Made by a program: the position numbers and the translations under genes. This document shows, piece after piece, positions 37,428 to 47,022 of a stretch of 64,000 nt of DNA. The first letter of the stretch is position 1, and each line of letters opens with the position of its first letter. Source of the stretch: a virus (taxonomy: Duplodnaviria; Caudoviricetes); the IMG/VR virus record IMGVR_UViG_3300027759_000043, one strand, 5' to 3'. Under the pieces are notes generated by a model that was not told where the DNA came from, made no database searches, and saw only the letters and a list, made by a program, of their open reading frames with translations.

Positions 37428-39373
37428 CCAAAAGAACTATAAGTTTTGTACAGCCTAACTTTCAACAAGGCCCCAAAGAGTTTAATGCTTATTATTTGCC
37501 CTATTCAGCAGGGGTAATATTGAGTTATGCCATGGGTTTTGAGCACATACGTGCGGCATGGGCTATAGATCAATTGATCTGGCGCAGAGAAGATATTGAA
37601 GAACTTGCACCTCGGTTGGCCAAGAATGACGTTGTGGCATTCAGTACCTATGTGTGGAATCATAGGTACAACTACAAACTGGCTAGACGCATTAAAGAAA
37701 TCAATCCTGCTGTAACGATCATATTTGGTGGACCTGAGCCTGCCATCGAAGATCCCGAATTGTTTAACAAAGAACCTTTCATGGATTTAGTCAGCAAGAT
37801 GGAAGGTGAGATCACATTCAAACGCATACTAGAAGACTTTGATACTGATTTCAGTCACATACCAGGCCTGTTGATCAACACTCCCACAGGCTTGGTCAAC
37901 ACCGGAGACTGTGCTAGAATTGACGATCTAGATCAAATTCCTAGTCCTTATCTTACAGGCATCTTTGATAAAATCATTGAAGAAAATCCTGACGTGATCT
38001 GGAATGCCACACTAGAAACCAATCGCGGATGTCCATATCAGTGTACTTTTTGCGATTGGGGTAGTCTAACTTACAATAAGGTCAAGAAGTTTGAACTTAC
38101 CCGAGTGTTCCATGAAATGGACTGGATCGGTGCCAACTGTGGCTTTGTCACAATCACTGATGCCAACTTTGGTATGTTTGTGGAACGTGACAACATGATT
38201 GTGGACAAACTGATTGAAGTACAGAAACGTTGGGGACGCCTGGCATCATTCTCCATGACCTGGGCCAAGAATCAAAAGAACGAAGTTGTGGACATTGTGA
38301 AGAAGTTGATTGAAGAAAGTCCAAACTTTGGCCAAGGTCTTACTGTTAGTGTACAAAGTATGGATCACGACGTGTTGGAAAACATCAAACGTAGAAATCT
38401 GGATCAACACAAGATTGACGAAATCTTTGCCTTGTGTGATCGCAACAACATTCCTGTGTATACTGAGTTAATTCTAGGCTTGCCCGGAGAAACTGTTCGA
38501 ACTTGGAAAGATGCATTTTGGAAAATCTTCCGTGCCGGCAATCACACAGGCATAAACATTCTCCAAGCACAGTTATTGGAAAATGCCGAAATGAATCTTC
38601 TCCAAAAGCGCATGTGGAAGATTGATTCAGTTCCAGTGTACGATTACATGAGTGGCAGTTACGGTGATGCCGACCTTAACGAATGTGTGGATGTGGTGGT
38701 GAGTACCAAGGACATTCCCAAGGAAGAAATGTTAGACACCTTGGTCTGGAATAGTTTTATTCAGACATTTCATATCAATGGCCTAACCACCTACATTGCT
38801 AGATACCTGGACAAAGCACATGGCATTGAATACAGCCAGTTTTATGATGACTTGTATCAGTGGGTGCAAAAGGACGACTGGTTCCGTGAACAGTTTGCTG
38901 ACACACGCAACTATTTTGCCAACTGGACCCGACAAGGATCCATTGATCATCCTCCTATTGGCAACATTCAAGTGTTTGGATGGAATCTAGTGCATCGTAC
39001 TACTTTGTATATGCAAAAACAAGATCGAGTGGCCTATGTGTTCGATAGTGTTGACAGATTTGTAAAAAGCCATTATAATATTGACAAGGACATATTAGAT
39101 CAACTCATGCAGTTTCAGCGGAACTATGTGATTGACTATCGTGACCTTAAATCTTTGCCGATAAAACAACAGTTTGATTATGATTTCCTTGGCTACATTT
39201 TAGACAACGAACCAATCAAGCAAAAATGTACATACATGTTTGATACTCCAGAAGATCAAGACATGAGCATGGATCGTTTTCTTGAAAACATGTATTTTGC
39301 TAGAAAGAGAAACTTTGGAAAAACAACTATCACCCGAGACAGCATCCACAACGTCGAACTTGCCCGAGCGTGA
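37424..39373 (+). CDS. Cobalamin-binding radical SAM enzyme
   Basis: N-terminal B12-domain pattern (FSTYVWN, IIFGGP, EGE); ETNRGCPYQCTFC; ELILGLPGE. Confidence 0.9.
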   Translation: MTKRTISFVQPNFQQGPKEFNAYYLPYSAGVILSYAMGFEHIRAAWAIDQLIWRREDIEELAPRLAKNDVVAFSTYVWNHRYNYKLARRIKEINPAVTIIFGGPEPAIEDPELFNKEPFMDLVSKMEGEITFKRILEDFDTDFSHIPGLLINTPTGLVNTGDCARIDDLDQIPSPYLTGIFDKIIEENPDVIWNATLETNRGCPYQCTFCDWGSLTYNKVKKFELTRVFHEMDWIGANCGFVTITDANFGMFVERDNMIVDKLIEVQKRWGRLASFSMTWAKNQKNEVVDIVKKLIEESPNFGQGLTVSVQSMDHDVLENIKRRNLDQHKIDEIFALCDRNNIPVYTELILGLPGETVRTWKDAFWKIFRAGNHTGINILQAQLLENAEMNLLQKRMWKIDSVPVYDYMSGSYGDADLNECVDVVVSTKDIPKEEMLDTLVWNSFIQTFHINGLTTYIARYLDKAHGIEYSQFYDDLYQWVQKDDWFREQFADTRNYFANWTRQGSIDHPPIGNIQVFGWNLVHRTTLYMQKQDRVAYVFDSVDRFVKSHYNIDKDILDQLMQFQRNYVIDYRDLKSLPIKQQFDYDFLGYILDNEPIKQKCTYMFDTPEDQDMSMDRFLENMYFARKRNFGKTTITRDSIHNVELARA

Positions 39374-40199
39374 CCCCACACTAGATATCAGTATTTTGTT
39401 GCCCGTACGTGGCAGGCCTGAGCCCATGGAAAAGTGTTTACACACACTTATCGATCGAGCAAAAAATCCCGAACGTATTGAAGTGTTAATTGCATTTGAT
39501 GATGATGACACAGACACTATTGAATATTTTGTGGACAATATCACACCCTACTTGGATGATATGGGTGTGCGTTACAGTGCCTTGCAATTCAAACGCCTGG
39601 GATATATCAGGCTTAATGAATATCTAAACGAATTGGCCAAACACAGTCATGGTGCTTGGATGTTCTTCTGGAACGATGATGCTGTGATGACCACGCAGGA
39701 TTGGGATCAAGCGATCATGGACCATGATGATGAATTTGCACTGTTACGGGCAGAAACCAATCATGAACATCCTTATGCAATATTTCCCATTGTGCCACGC
39801 AAGTGGGTTGAAATTACCGGACACTTGAGTCCACATCAAATCAATGATGCTTGGGTAAGTCAAGTGGCTTGGATGCTGGACATTGTTATAACTATACCGG
39901 TCATGATCAATCATGAACGCTATGACCTTACTGGCAAGAACGGCGATGATGTTTACAAAAATCGCCCCATGTTGGAAGGTAACCCATCAAATCCCAAAGA
40001 CTTCAATCACATCACATGGCGCAAGATCAGAATCGACGAGTGCATGAAGTTGGCTCAGCATATTGCGCCACTAGGGCATGACATGAATCATTTCAAGTGG
40101 GGCATCGAAGGTGTTGATGACAAAGGCAATGAATATGACATCTGGTGCAAGATGAATCTCGCAGACCCGCACAAGCGATTAAAACAATGGCGAAACTAA
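39282..40199 (+). CDS. GT-A (family 2-like) glycosyltransferase, paralog of 36600-37427
   Basis: ISILLPVRGR, WMFFWNDDAVMTTQ, HPY.IFPI.PR; start possibly TTG 39315. Confidence 0.8.
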   Translation: MKTCILLERETLEKQLSPETASTTSNLPERDPTLDISILLPVRGRPEPMEKCLHTLIDRAKNPERIEVLIAFDDDDTDTIEYFVDNITPYLDDMGVRYSALQFKRLGYIRLNEYLNELAKHSHGAWMFFWNDDAVMTTQDWDQAIMDHDDEFALLRAETNHEHPYAIFPIVPRKWVEITGHLSPHQINDAWVSQVAWMLDIVITIPVMINHERYDLTGKNGDDVYKNRPMLEGNPSNPKDFNHITWRKIRIDECMKLAQHIAPLGHDMNHFKWGIEGVDDKGNEYDIWCKMNLADPHKRLKQWRN

Positions 40200-40200
40200 C

Positions 40201-40983
40201 ATGAACAATGATCAACTGATTGACCGCATTAAAAATTACTGGAACACCCAACCCTGTAATGTCAAACACAGCCTAAGTGAACCTGGTACAGAGCAATACT
40301 GGAATGAAATAAGTGAGCGTAGATATTTTGTTGAACCGCACCTTCGCGACTTAGCCAGTTTTCATTTGTGGCGCGGCAAACGTGTGTTAGAAGTAGGTTC
40401 GGGTATTGGATCAGATGCTGTGGAGTTTGTGCGCCATGGTGCTGAGTATGTGGGCATTGATCTCTCAGCAGAATCTGTGGCCATGAGCCGTCAACGTTTT
40501 GACTTGTTTGGACTTGAAGGCGAGTTTCATGTGATGGATGCCGCTGACACCGAGGCTATGGCTGCGTTGGGACAGTTTGATTTGGTATATTCATGTGGTG
40601 TGTTACATCATTATCCGGACATGACCACTTGTCTTGACAACATTCACACAGCACTTGAACCGGATGGTGAGTTCAGAATGTTAGTGTACGCAAAGAATTC
40701 CTGGAAATATGCCATGATCCGAAAAGGTCTGGACCAGTTTGAAGCACAAGCAGGCTGTCCATATGCACAGGCTTACTCAAACGAGGACATATACAATCTC
40801 CTAAATGGCAAATTTGAGGTGCTAAGGATTAGACAATCGCATTGTTTCATGTATAATGTACCTAAGTATAGACAAGGTATCTATGAACTAGAACCTTGGT
40901 TTGCAGCCATGTCGGAAGAAATGCGCGAGGCTGTAAAAGAATATCTAGGTTGGCATTTATTGGTTAAAGCAAAGAAAATATGA
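40201..40983 (+). CDS. Class I SAM-dependent methyltransferase
   Basis: VLEVGSGIGSD, FDLVYSCGVLHH. Confidence 0.88.
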   Translation: MNNDQLIDRIKNYWNTQPCNVKHSLSEPGTEQYWNEISERRYFVEPHLRDLASFHLWRGKRVLEVGSGIGSDAVEFVRHGAEYVGIDLSAESVAMSRQRFDLFGLEGEFHVMDAADTEAMAALGQFDLVYSCGVLHHYPDMTTCLDNIHTALEPDGEFRMLVYAKNSWKYAMIRKGLDQFEAQAGCPYAQAYSNEDIYNLLNGKFEVLRIRQSHCFMYNVPKYRQGIYELEPWFAAMSEEMREAVKEYLGWHLLVKAKKI

Positions 40984-41831
40984 GCAAACTCAAAATAGCA
41001 GAACTGTTTTATAGTATTCAAGGTGAAGGCAGATATATGGGGGTGCCCAGTGTATTCCTTCGAACCTTCGGGTGTAATTTTTCTTGCAGGGGATTTGGCA
41101 TGTCTCGAGGAGAACTTAGTGATGAAGCAGAACTTATTGATCCTACTAACTATACCGACTACAATGAATTGCCTTTGGTATCAACCGGATGTGACAGTTA
41201 TGCAAGTTGGGATCCTAGATTCAAAGATTTGAGTCCCATGTTAGAAACCAATGCTATTGTTGATCGTATCATGCAAATACTTCCGCACAAGCGTTGGGAA
41301 GATGAGCATCTTGTGATCACAGGTGGTGAGCCACTGTTAGGATGGCAACGTGCTTATCCGGACTTGTTGAATCATCCAAGCATGGGCAGACTTCGAGAAA
41401 TCACATTTGAAACTAATGGCACTCAGAGGTTAGATGATCAATTCAAACAACACTTACACACCTGGACCTCTCATCATGGTCAAGACTTCTATAGAGAAGT
41501 CACATTTAGTGTGAGTGCTAAACTACCTGGATCAGGTGAGTCATGGTCGGATGCTATCTGTCCAGATGTGGTATGTGAATATGAAGAATATGGTTATACA
41601 TACTTGAAATTGGTCGTAGCAACAGAACAGGATCTAGTAGATGCAGAACAAGCAGTTGAAGAATATCGTGCGGCTGGGTTTACAGGTCCTGTGTATGTTA
41701 TGCCTGTTGGTGGTGTTGAACGGGTGTATACCCTTAACAATCGTGCAGTGGCAGAAATGGCAATGCGAAAAGGCTGGCGGTACAGTGATAGACTACAAGT
41801 GCCACTATTTAAAAACGAATGGGGGACCTGA
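40980..41831 (+). CDS. queE: 7-carboxy-7-deazaguanine synthase (radical SAM)
   Basis: YSIQGEG, FLRTFGCNFSC...GCDS, ITGGEP, ETNGT, RLQV. Confidence 0.92.
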   Translation: MSKLKIAELFYSIQGEGRYMGVPSVFLRTFGCNFSCRGFGMSRGELSDEAELIDPTNYTDYNELPLVSTGCDSYASWDPRFKDLSPMLETNAIVDRIMQILPHKRWEDEHLVITGGEPLLGWQRAYPDLLNHPSMGRLREITFETNGTQRLDDQFKQHLHTWTSHHGQDFYREVTFSVSAKLPGSGESWSDAICPDVVCEYEEYGYTYLKLVVATEQDLVDAEQAVEEYRAAGFTGPVYVMPVGGVERVYTLNNRAVAEMAMRKGWRYSDRLQVPLFKNEWGT

Positions 41832-42223
41832 TGGGGATACGTGATTGGTTTAAGAAAAAGCCCGAGCCTGCACCAAAGGTCCGGTCTGAACCCAAACCCA
41901 AAGAACCAGTCAAGACTGAAAAGCAGTTGGCTACAGAGCGTGGCGAGCCTTGGGTGGCAATCTTAAGCATGGACATTGATCCTGAAAACTTGCATCAAGG
42001 CGCATTTGAACTAGACTGGAATGACAAGTTCATATTCAATCTTATTCGTGCGGGGTACCAACTCAAGAAAGAAGACACTGACGGAGAAATTGTGGATCGC
42101 TGGTTCCAAAATGTTTGCCGACATGTTGTAATGGAAACTTGGGAACAAGAAGAAGCCATGAAGAAATCAGGCATTTATGTTCGTGCCACAGATATTGGTA
42201 ACGGACGCACGGAAGTTTCATGA
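41831..42223 (+). CDS. Conserved phage protein (homolog of 12797-13249)
   Basis: GAFELDWNDKFIFNLIRAGY...GRTEVS. Confidence 0.85.
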   Translation: MGIRDWFKKKPEPAPKVRSEPKPKEPVKTEKQLATERGEPWVAILSMDIDPENLHQGAFELDWNDKFIFNLIRAGYQLKKEDTDGEIVDRWFQNVCRHVVMETWEQEEAMKKSGIYVRATDIGNGRTEVS

Positions 42224-42909
42224 TCTCGGAAATTTTTGTTAATGGTGACAGTTTCTCTGCCCCTGCCCAGGACGTTGTGCCGTATTCCGTACATCTTGGA
42301 CAAATGTTCAATGTTCCGGTTACAAATTTTGCTGTGGCAGGCAGTTCAAATGACAGATTATTTCGTTCTACGTTAGAATATTGTCTAAATCTTTCGGATC
42401 AACAAACACCATTGATAGTGATTGGATTTAGTTTTGTTGACAGGGAAGAAACTTGGATCGATGAGCCTTCCAAATGGCATGAACAAGCGAGAGATTTTAC
42501 TGGGTCAAAATTTCTAAGCACTATGTGGTTAACCAATCAAACTGTAGATGAAACCACTATGCATCTGATCATAGATCAAAATATAAATCAACAAATGATA
42601 AATTTTTATACTAAATTGTTCATGTTTACTCAAACTTTAAAACAATTAAAGATACCGTATTTTTTATTTTCAGCGGCAAACAATCAAGATTTTAGAAAAT
42701 TAGATTGGTCATGTTTAAAAAATTTAAACATGTATAATTATGTTCAGAGTGATGCTTGTGTGCTTGATATACATGGTTTCAACATGAGAATTTGGGCCGA
42801 AACCAATCAGGTACCCATTAATACTTATCACTATTTGTATAATGACGGTCATAAAAAATTTGCCGAATTTTTACATGGTCAAATAAATGATACTTTATGT
42901 AAACGGTGA
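42220..42909 (+). CDS. SGNH hydrolase-like protein
   Basis: VNGDSFS, GSSNDRLFR, YHYLYNDGH. Confidence 0.65.
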   Translation: MISEIFVNGDSFSAPAQDVVPYSVHLGQMFNVPVTNFAVAGSSNDRLFRSTLEYCLNLSDQQTPLIVIGFSFVDREETWIDEPSKWHEQARDFTGSKFLSTMWLTNQTVDETTMHLIIDQNINQQMINFYTKLFMFTQTLKQLKIPYFLFSAANNQDFRKLDWSCLKNLNMYNYVQSDACVLDIHGFNMRIWAETNQVPINTYHYLYNDGHKKFAEFLHGQINDTLCKR

Positions 42910-43588
42910 TAGTCACACTGCGGCTGCCGAAGCAGTGAACTCTTATGCCTTTGCAGAAGATGATGGCTTGTATTACGGTCTGGGTCGTAGGCCACATCCA
43001 GACAACGAGCGTGTGAGTTGGGGTTGTGAACTGGCCAATCATCTCCGAGCCATATTGCATTGTGATGCAGAAAGTGCCTCCAGCAATGCTCGTATCATGC
43101 GCACCACACGGGCTTGGTTGCAACAGCAAGACAGTCTTGAAGATACCTTGGTCATTATACAGTGGTCAACTTGGGAACGTCAAGAATGGTTGCATGACAG
43201 TACATGGTATCAAGTGAATGCTAGTGGTCTAGATGATGTGCCCGAATCATTACAAGATCGTTATCGAAGATTCATTGTTGATGTTGATTGGGCCGAAGCA
43301 AGACAACATGCACACAGCCAAATTTGGCAGTTTCATAGAGAACTGCACCTCAACGGTGTTCGCCATGTGTTCTTTAATGGTAACTCAGATTTCTCAGGTG
43401 TACCAAATCGCCACGACTGGGGCGTCAACTACATGGCACCATATGATCCGGCCAATACCTATGACAGTGTGCTGAAAAACAACAGTTTCAAAACGGTACG
43501 CCCAGATTCCTGGCATTTTGGTGAGGCGGCCCATTGCTTTTGGGCCCAACATGTGCTAAACTACATCAAACACAACAACTTGGTTTAA
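42887..43588 (+). CDS. SGNH hydrolase-like protein
   Basis: VNGDSHT, SSNARIMR, WHFGEAAH. Confidence 0.7.
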   Translation: MILYVNGDSHTAAAEAVNSYAFAEDDGLYYGLGRRPHPDNERVSWGCELANHLRAILHCDAESASSNARIMRTTRAWLQQQDSLEDTLVIIQWSTWERQEWLHDSTWYQVNASGLDDVPESLQDRYRRFIVDVDWAEARQHAHSQIWQFHRELHLNGVRHVFFNGNSDFSGVPNRHDWGVNYMAPYDPANTYDSVLKNNSFKTVRPDSWHFGEAAHCFWAQHVLNYIKHNNLV

Positions 43589-43590
43589 AC

Positions 43591-44613
43591 ATGAAATACT
43601 TGCTGATTGATACTGCCAACACATTTTTTCGTGCCCGTCATTCGGCTTTTAGGGCCGCAGATCCCTGGGAAAAGGTAGGTTATGCGTTACACATTGTGAT
43701 GAGTAGTATCAACAAGGTACACCGCAAATTCAACGCAGATCACGTGGTGTTCGCACTAGAGGGTCGCTCATGGCGCAAAGACTATTACGAGCCCTACAAG
43801 AAAAATCGTGCTGTGGCCCGTGCCGCACTGACAGAAACTGAACGGGAAGAAGATCAGTTGTTCTGGGAGACGTTTGATGGCCTGACTAAATACTTGGGTG
43901 ACAGCACAAACTGTAGTGTTATACGTCATCCCGAAGCAGAAGCAGATGATGTTATTGCTCGCTGGATTGCATTGCATCCACTAGATGAACACTACATCAT
44001 CAGTTCAGACACAGACTTTATACAATTGCTTGCCCCCAATGTCAGCCAATACAATGGTATAACTGACGAACTTCACACCTTGGAAGGAATCTTTGATGCT
44101 AAAGGTCGACAGGTCATTGATAAAAAAACTAAACAACCAAAAACGGTTCCGGATCCAGCCTGGTTGTTATTTGAGAAGTGTATGCGTGGGGACTCCTCCG
44201 ACAATGTTTTTAGTGCATATCCGGGAGTACGTGAGAAAGGCACAAAGAATAAAGTTGGTCTCCGTGAAGCCTACGCGGATCGCGGTAATAAAGGCTACAA
44301 CTGGAACAATCTCATGTTGCAACGTTGGACCGACCACAATGGAACGGAACATCGTGTGAAAGATGATTATGAACGCAACTGTGTGCTAGTGGATCTCACA
44401 GCACAACCTGCAGAGATCAAACACAAAGTAGACACGGCCATACACGAACAAATCTCACACAAGGATATTGGTCAGGTGGGTGCAAGATTTATGAAATTTT
44501 GCGGCAAGTATGAGTTGAACAAACTTTCAGAGTCAGCAGAACAATATGCTCGCTGGCTCAATGAAACTTACAAAGGGCATTTAGATGAACATCATAGCAA
44601 AACCGGTAGTTGA
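43591..44613 (+). CDS. rnh: RNase H / 5'-3' exonuclease, copy 2
   Basis: LIDTAN, EGRSWRK, EADD, SSDTDF, GDSSDN; start MKYLLID. Confidence 0.92.
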   Translation: MKYLLIDTANTFFRARHSAFRAADPWEKVGYALHIVMSSINKVHRKFNADHVVFALEGRSWRKDYYEPYKKNRAVARAALTETEREEDQLFWETFDGLTKYLGDSTNCSVIRHPEAEADDVIARWIALHPLDEHYIISSDTDFIQLLAPNVSQYNGITDELHTLEGIFDAKGRQVIDKKTKQPKTVPDPAWLLFEKCMRGDSSDNVFSAYPGVREKGTKNKVGLREAYADRGNKGYNWNNLMLQRWTDHNGTEHRVKDDYERNCVLVDLTAQPAEIKHKVDTAIHEQISHKDIGQVGARFMKFCGKYELNKLSESAEQYARWLNETYKGHLDEHHSKTGS

Positions 44614-45043
44614 CAATCAGTTCTGGATATTAAAACAGGACGACCGTAAGGTAGGTAACATCGAAGCCACTGATGATGGCTTTGCTGTCAAGATTGACAA
44701 CAAGGTCACTAGTTTCAAAACCATCAACATGATTCGGCAACGAGTCAACATTGAGTTTGAGGCCATTGGTAACAAACCCAACCGGGAACCGGCCAGTTAT
44801 CAGGTGCAAGGGTATCCATCAAACAGTCGTGTGTACAATCCTGTTTGGGACGTACAACAAGGCTTGCCGTTGTTTACTAAAAAACGCAAATCAAAAAGTT
44901 GGTTTGCTGCCGGTTGGTATCAGGTGCGCCAACGTAAAACTTGGTCAGTGGTACAGAGCCCCAAACTAATCACCTTGGAACGCTATGCTTACCAAGGTCC
45001 TTTCCATACACAAGACGAGGCAAAAAATGAACCCCTTCCGTGA
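44585..45043 (+). CDS. Conserved phage protein (homolog of 8323-8781)
   Basis: Shared motifs listed for 8323-8781. Confidence 0.85.
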   Translation: MNIIAKPVVDNQFWILKQDDRKVGNIEATDDGFAVKIDNKVTSFKTINMIRQRVNIEFEAIGNKPNREPASYQVQGYPSNSRVYNPVWDVQQGLPLFTKKRKSKSWFAAGWYQVRQRKTWSVVQSPKLITLERYAYQGPFHTQDEAKNEPLP

Positions 45044-45395
45044 TCAGCAGAAGTTTATGATAGCCTGTGACCAATCAGTTGACGGGCCGCCAGGTGCTCA
45101 GTTTGATATGTATTGCAACCTCATTGAAGAAGAACACAAAGAACTACTAGCCGCATTGACCGCCAATGATGATGTGGAAGCACTGGATGCGTTGATTGAC
45201 ATCTTGGTTGTGACAATTGGTGCTATTCATTCAGCAGGCTTTGATGCCGAAGGTGCTTGGAAAGAAGTCATGCGCACCAACTTTGCCAAGATTGACCACG
45301 AAACAGGCAAGGTTCGTAAACGTGAAGATGGCAAGGTACTCAAGCCCTTGGGTTGGGCACCACCTGATTTGAAACCTTTCTTGAAGCGTCAATGA
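45027..45395 (+). CDS. MazG-like all-alpha NTP pyrophosphohydrolase
   Basis: IEEEHKE...EALDALID acidic helices; NFAK...REDGKVLKP. Confidence 0.8.
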   Translation: MNPFRDQQKFMIACDQSVDGPPGAQFDMYCNLIEEEHKELLAALTANDDVEALDALIDILVVTIGAIHSAGFDAEGAWKEVMRTNFAKIDHETGKVRKREDGKVLKPLGWAPPDLKPFLKRQ

Positions 45396-45601
45396 GTCTA
45401 CACATAAACCGGTTCATCGACAACATCAAAGCACATGAAAGTCGCAATGCCCGGGAATTCATGTGCCCCATGCGAGATGCCAAAGATCTGCATGCCGATA
45501 TAACCAAATTGTTGTTGATAATCACTAACTTACAGTCTCAAGTTCAGGCTCTACAACAAGAGTCTGTGATCACTGTGGAAGTGGTCGGTCAGGACTTCTA
45601 A
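45392..45601 (+). CDS. Conserved phage protein (homolog of 8123-8323)
   Basis: Shared motifs. Confidence 0.8.
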   Translation: MSLHINRFIDNIKAHESRNAREFMCPMRDAKDLHADITKLLLIITNLQSQVQALQQESVITVEVVGQDF

Positions 45602-45644
45602 AACTACGTATATTTTAAGATAAATAAATGTAGGAGTTTAATGA

Positions 45645-45941
45645 ATGAGCCGCCCCAAACCACAAATACTGATTGAGCACACCAACAAGCAGACCTACAA
45701 GACTGAACAGGTTCTTGCGGCCGAAGGCATTTGGGCGGTGTTCTTTGATAACCAACCTATCAATCTCAAAACTGCCAACTTGTTGACACAGTACCCAGGT
45801 CCCAAGTACAAAAAGGTCAGTTTCTCCAACAGCGGTCATGCCATCAACTTGGCTCGCAAACTCAACGTGCAGTTCAAGACCGACAAGTTCACTGTGGTGT
45901 TGTTAAAGAGCGGGGATAAGATCTATCCCAATGCGCGATAA
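45645..45941 (+). CDS. Conserved phage protein (homolog of 7830-8123)
   Basis: Shared motifs; TAAATA and AGGAG upstream. Confidence 0.85.
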   Translation: MSRPKPQILIEHTNKQTYKTEQVLAAEGIWAVFFDNQPINLKTANLLTQYPGPKYKKVSFSNSGHAINLARKLNVQFKTDKFTVVLLKSGDKIYPNAR

Positions 45942-46290
45942 ACTTGCTGTCACCCAAGCCTTAATTGCTCAACTCAAACCTGATGACCGGCCTGGCATTA
46001 ACTCGGCCATGCGTGACTGGTGGCAGAATCTTAGAGATGGTTCGGGACTACGATTGACTGCAGAAGGTCACTTAGTGATGAAGCAGTTGGGTGTGGAGAG
46101 TTATCACTTTGATATCCGGCCAGACCATCTCACTCCTAGACTGTTGGTGCAGTTGGACCAACGCTTGCATGATCCATATTTTCTCAAAGCCGATCGACGC
46201 CAACCTTGGATCGAGTTCTACGGCAGTCGCGAAGCATTACTTGCTAACTTGTACGGCGATTTGAGCCGATTCCTAGAAAATTATAGTTAA
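45931..46290 (+). CDS. Conserved phage protein (homolog of 7448-7837)
   Basis: Shared motifs. Confidence 0.8.
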   Translation: MRDKLAVTQALIAQLKPDDRPGINSAMRDWWQNLRDGSGLRLTAEGHLVMKQLGVESYHFDIRPDHLTPRLLVQLDQRLHDPYFLKADRRQPWIEFYGSREALLANLYGDLSRFLENYS

Positions 46291-46294
46291 ACCC

Positions 46295-46333
46295 AAAGTA
46301 TTACTTTTTGTAACCTAAAAAAGTAGTACTTTT
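46295..46333. promoter_or_regulatory. Pair of palindromic operator-like boxes
   Basis: AAAGTA-T-TACTTT (46295-46307) and AAAAGTA-G-TACTTTT (46319-46333). Confidence 0.55.
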
Positions 46334-46350
46334 GTAGCAGTAGATTTTGA

Positions 46351-46379
46351 TTGACCAAATAATGCTCTTTTGCTATAAT
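46351..46379 (+). promoter_or_regulatory. Sigma70-type early promoter
   Basis: TTGACC-17-TATAAT, extended TG. Confidence 0.88.
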
Positions 46380-46385
46380 ACTTGT

Positions 46386-46733
46386 ATGGAACTTAAAAAG
46401 CAATCACGTAAAAAACGCACAGATCGTACACACATCGTGTACATGCTCACAAGCGGCAACGATTTTTATATTGGCGTTACTGCTAAGACTGCGGGCACAA
46501 TAAAAAAGAGCGTGATGACACGATGCATGAAGCACTTGTACCGAGCACGAAGCGAAGACAAGTCGTGGTTGCTTTACGAGACCATGCGCGAGCGCGGCGT
46601 AGGCAGTTTCTCTGTTGGCGTACTAGCAGTCTTGCGCGGTAAAACTCAAGCACATACATTCGAGCGCGAATTAATACGAAAGTACGCACCTAATTTGAAC
46701 ACAGATGTACGTGCTAAAACGGTTGACCAATAA
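46386..46733 (+). CDS. Small GIY-YIG-family endonuclease
   Basis: HIVY...FYIGVT, R...H, FERELI...LN. Confidence 0.7.
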   Translation: MELKKQSRKKRTDRTHIVYMLTSGNDFYIGVTAKTAGTIKKSVMTRCMKHLYRARSEDKSWLLYETMRERGVGSFSVGVLAVLRGKTQAHTFERELIRKYAPNLNTDVRAKTVDQ

Positions 46734-46751
46734 TTGGATATTTGCTATAAT
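46723..46751 (+). promoter_or_regulatory. Sigma70-type early promoter
   Basis: AAACGG-TTGACC-17-TATAAT. Confidence 0.88.
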
Positions 46752-46781
46752 ACTTGTATAGAAACTAAAAAGGAACCCAAA

Positions 46782-47018
46782 ATGTTAAACACAATAACTT
46801 ATCGTAGTACACTTTCCAGGAATTTTGTTGCTACTAAGTCTAATAGACCCAACCAGCAGGACTTTACGCAAATTAGTGCAGAGCCCTGTTTAGTTTACAA
46901 AGACTATGTAATTCGTGCTACAGTAGAGGACACAGAAGGTAAACGTTTTGTTTGCATTTTTACTCCACAAGGTAAACTTAAACAGTACCATCAAATTCAC
47001 GCAGATGTGCTGGTTTAA
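46782..47018 (+). CDS. Hypothetical early protein
   Basis: AAGGAACCCAAAATG start behind promoter. Confidence 0.7.
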   Translation: MLNTITYRSTLSRNFVATKSNRPNQQDFTQISAEPCLVYKDYVIRATVEDTEGKRFVCIFTPQGKLKQYHQIHADVLV

Positions 47019-47022
47019 ACGG

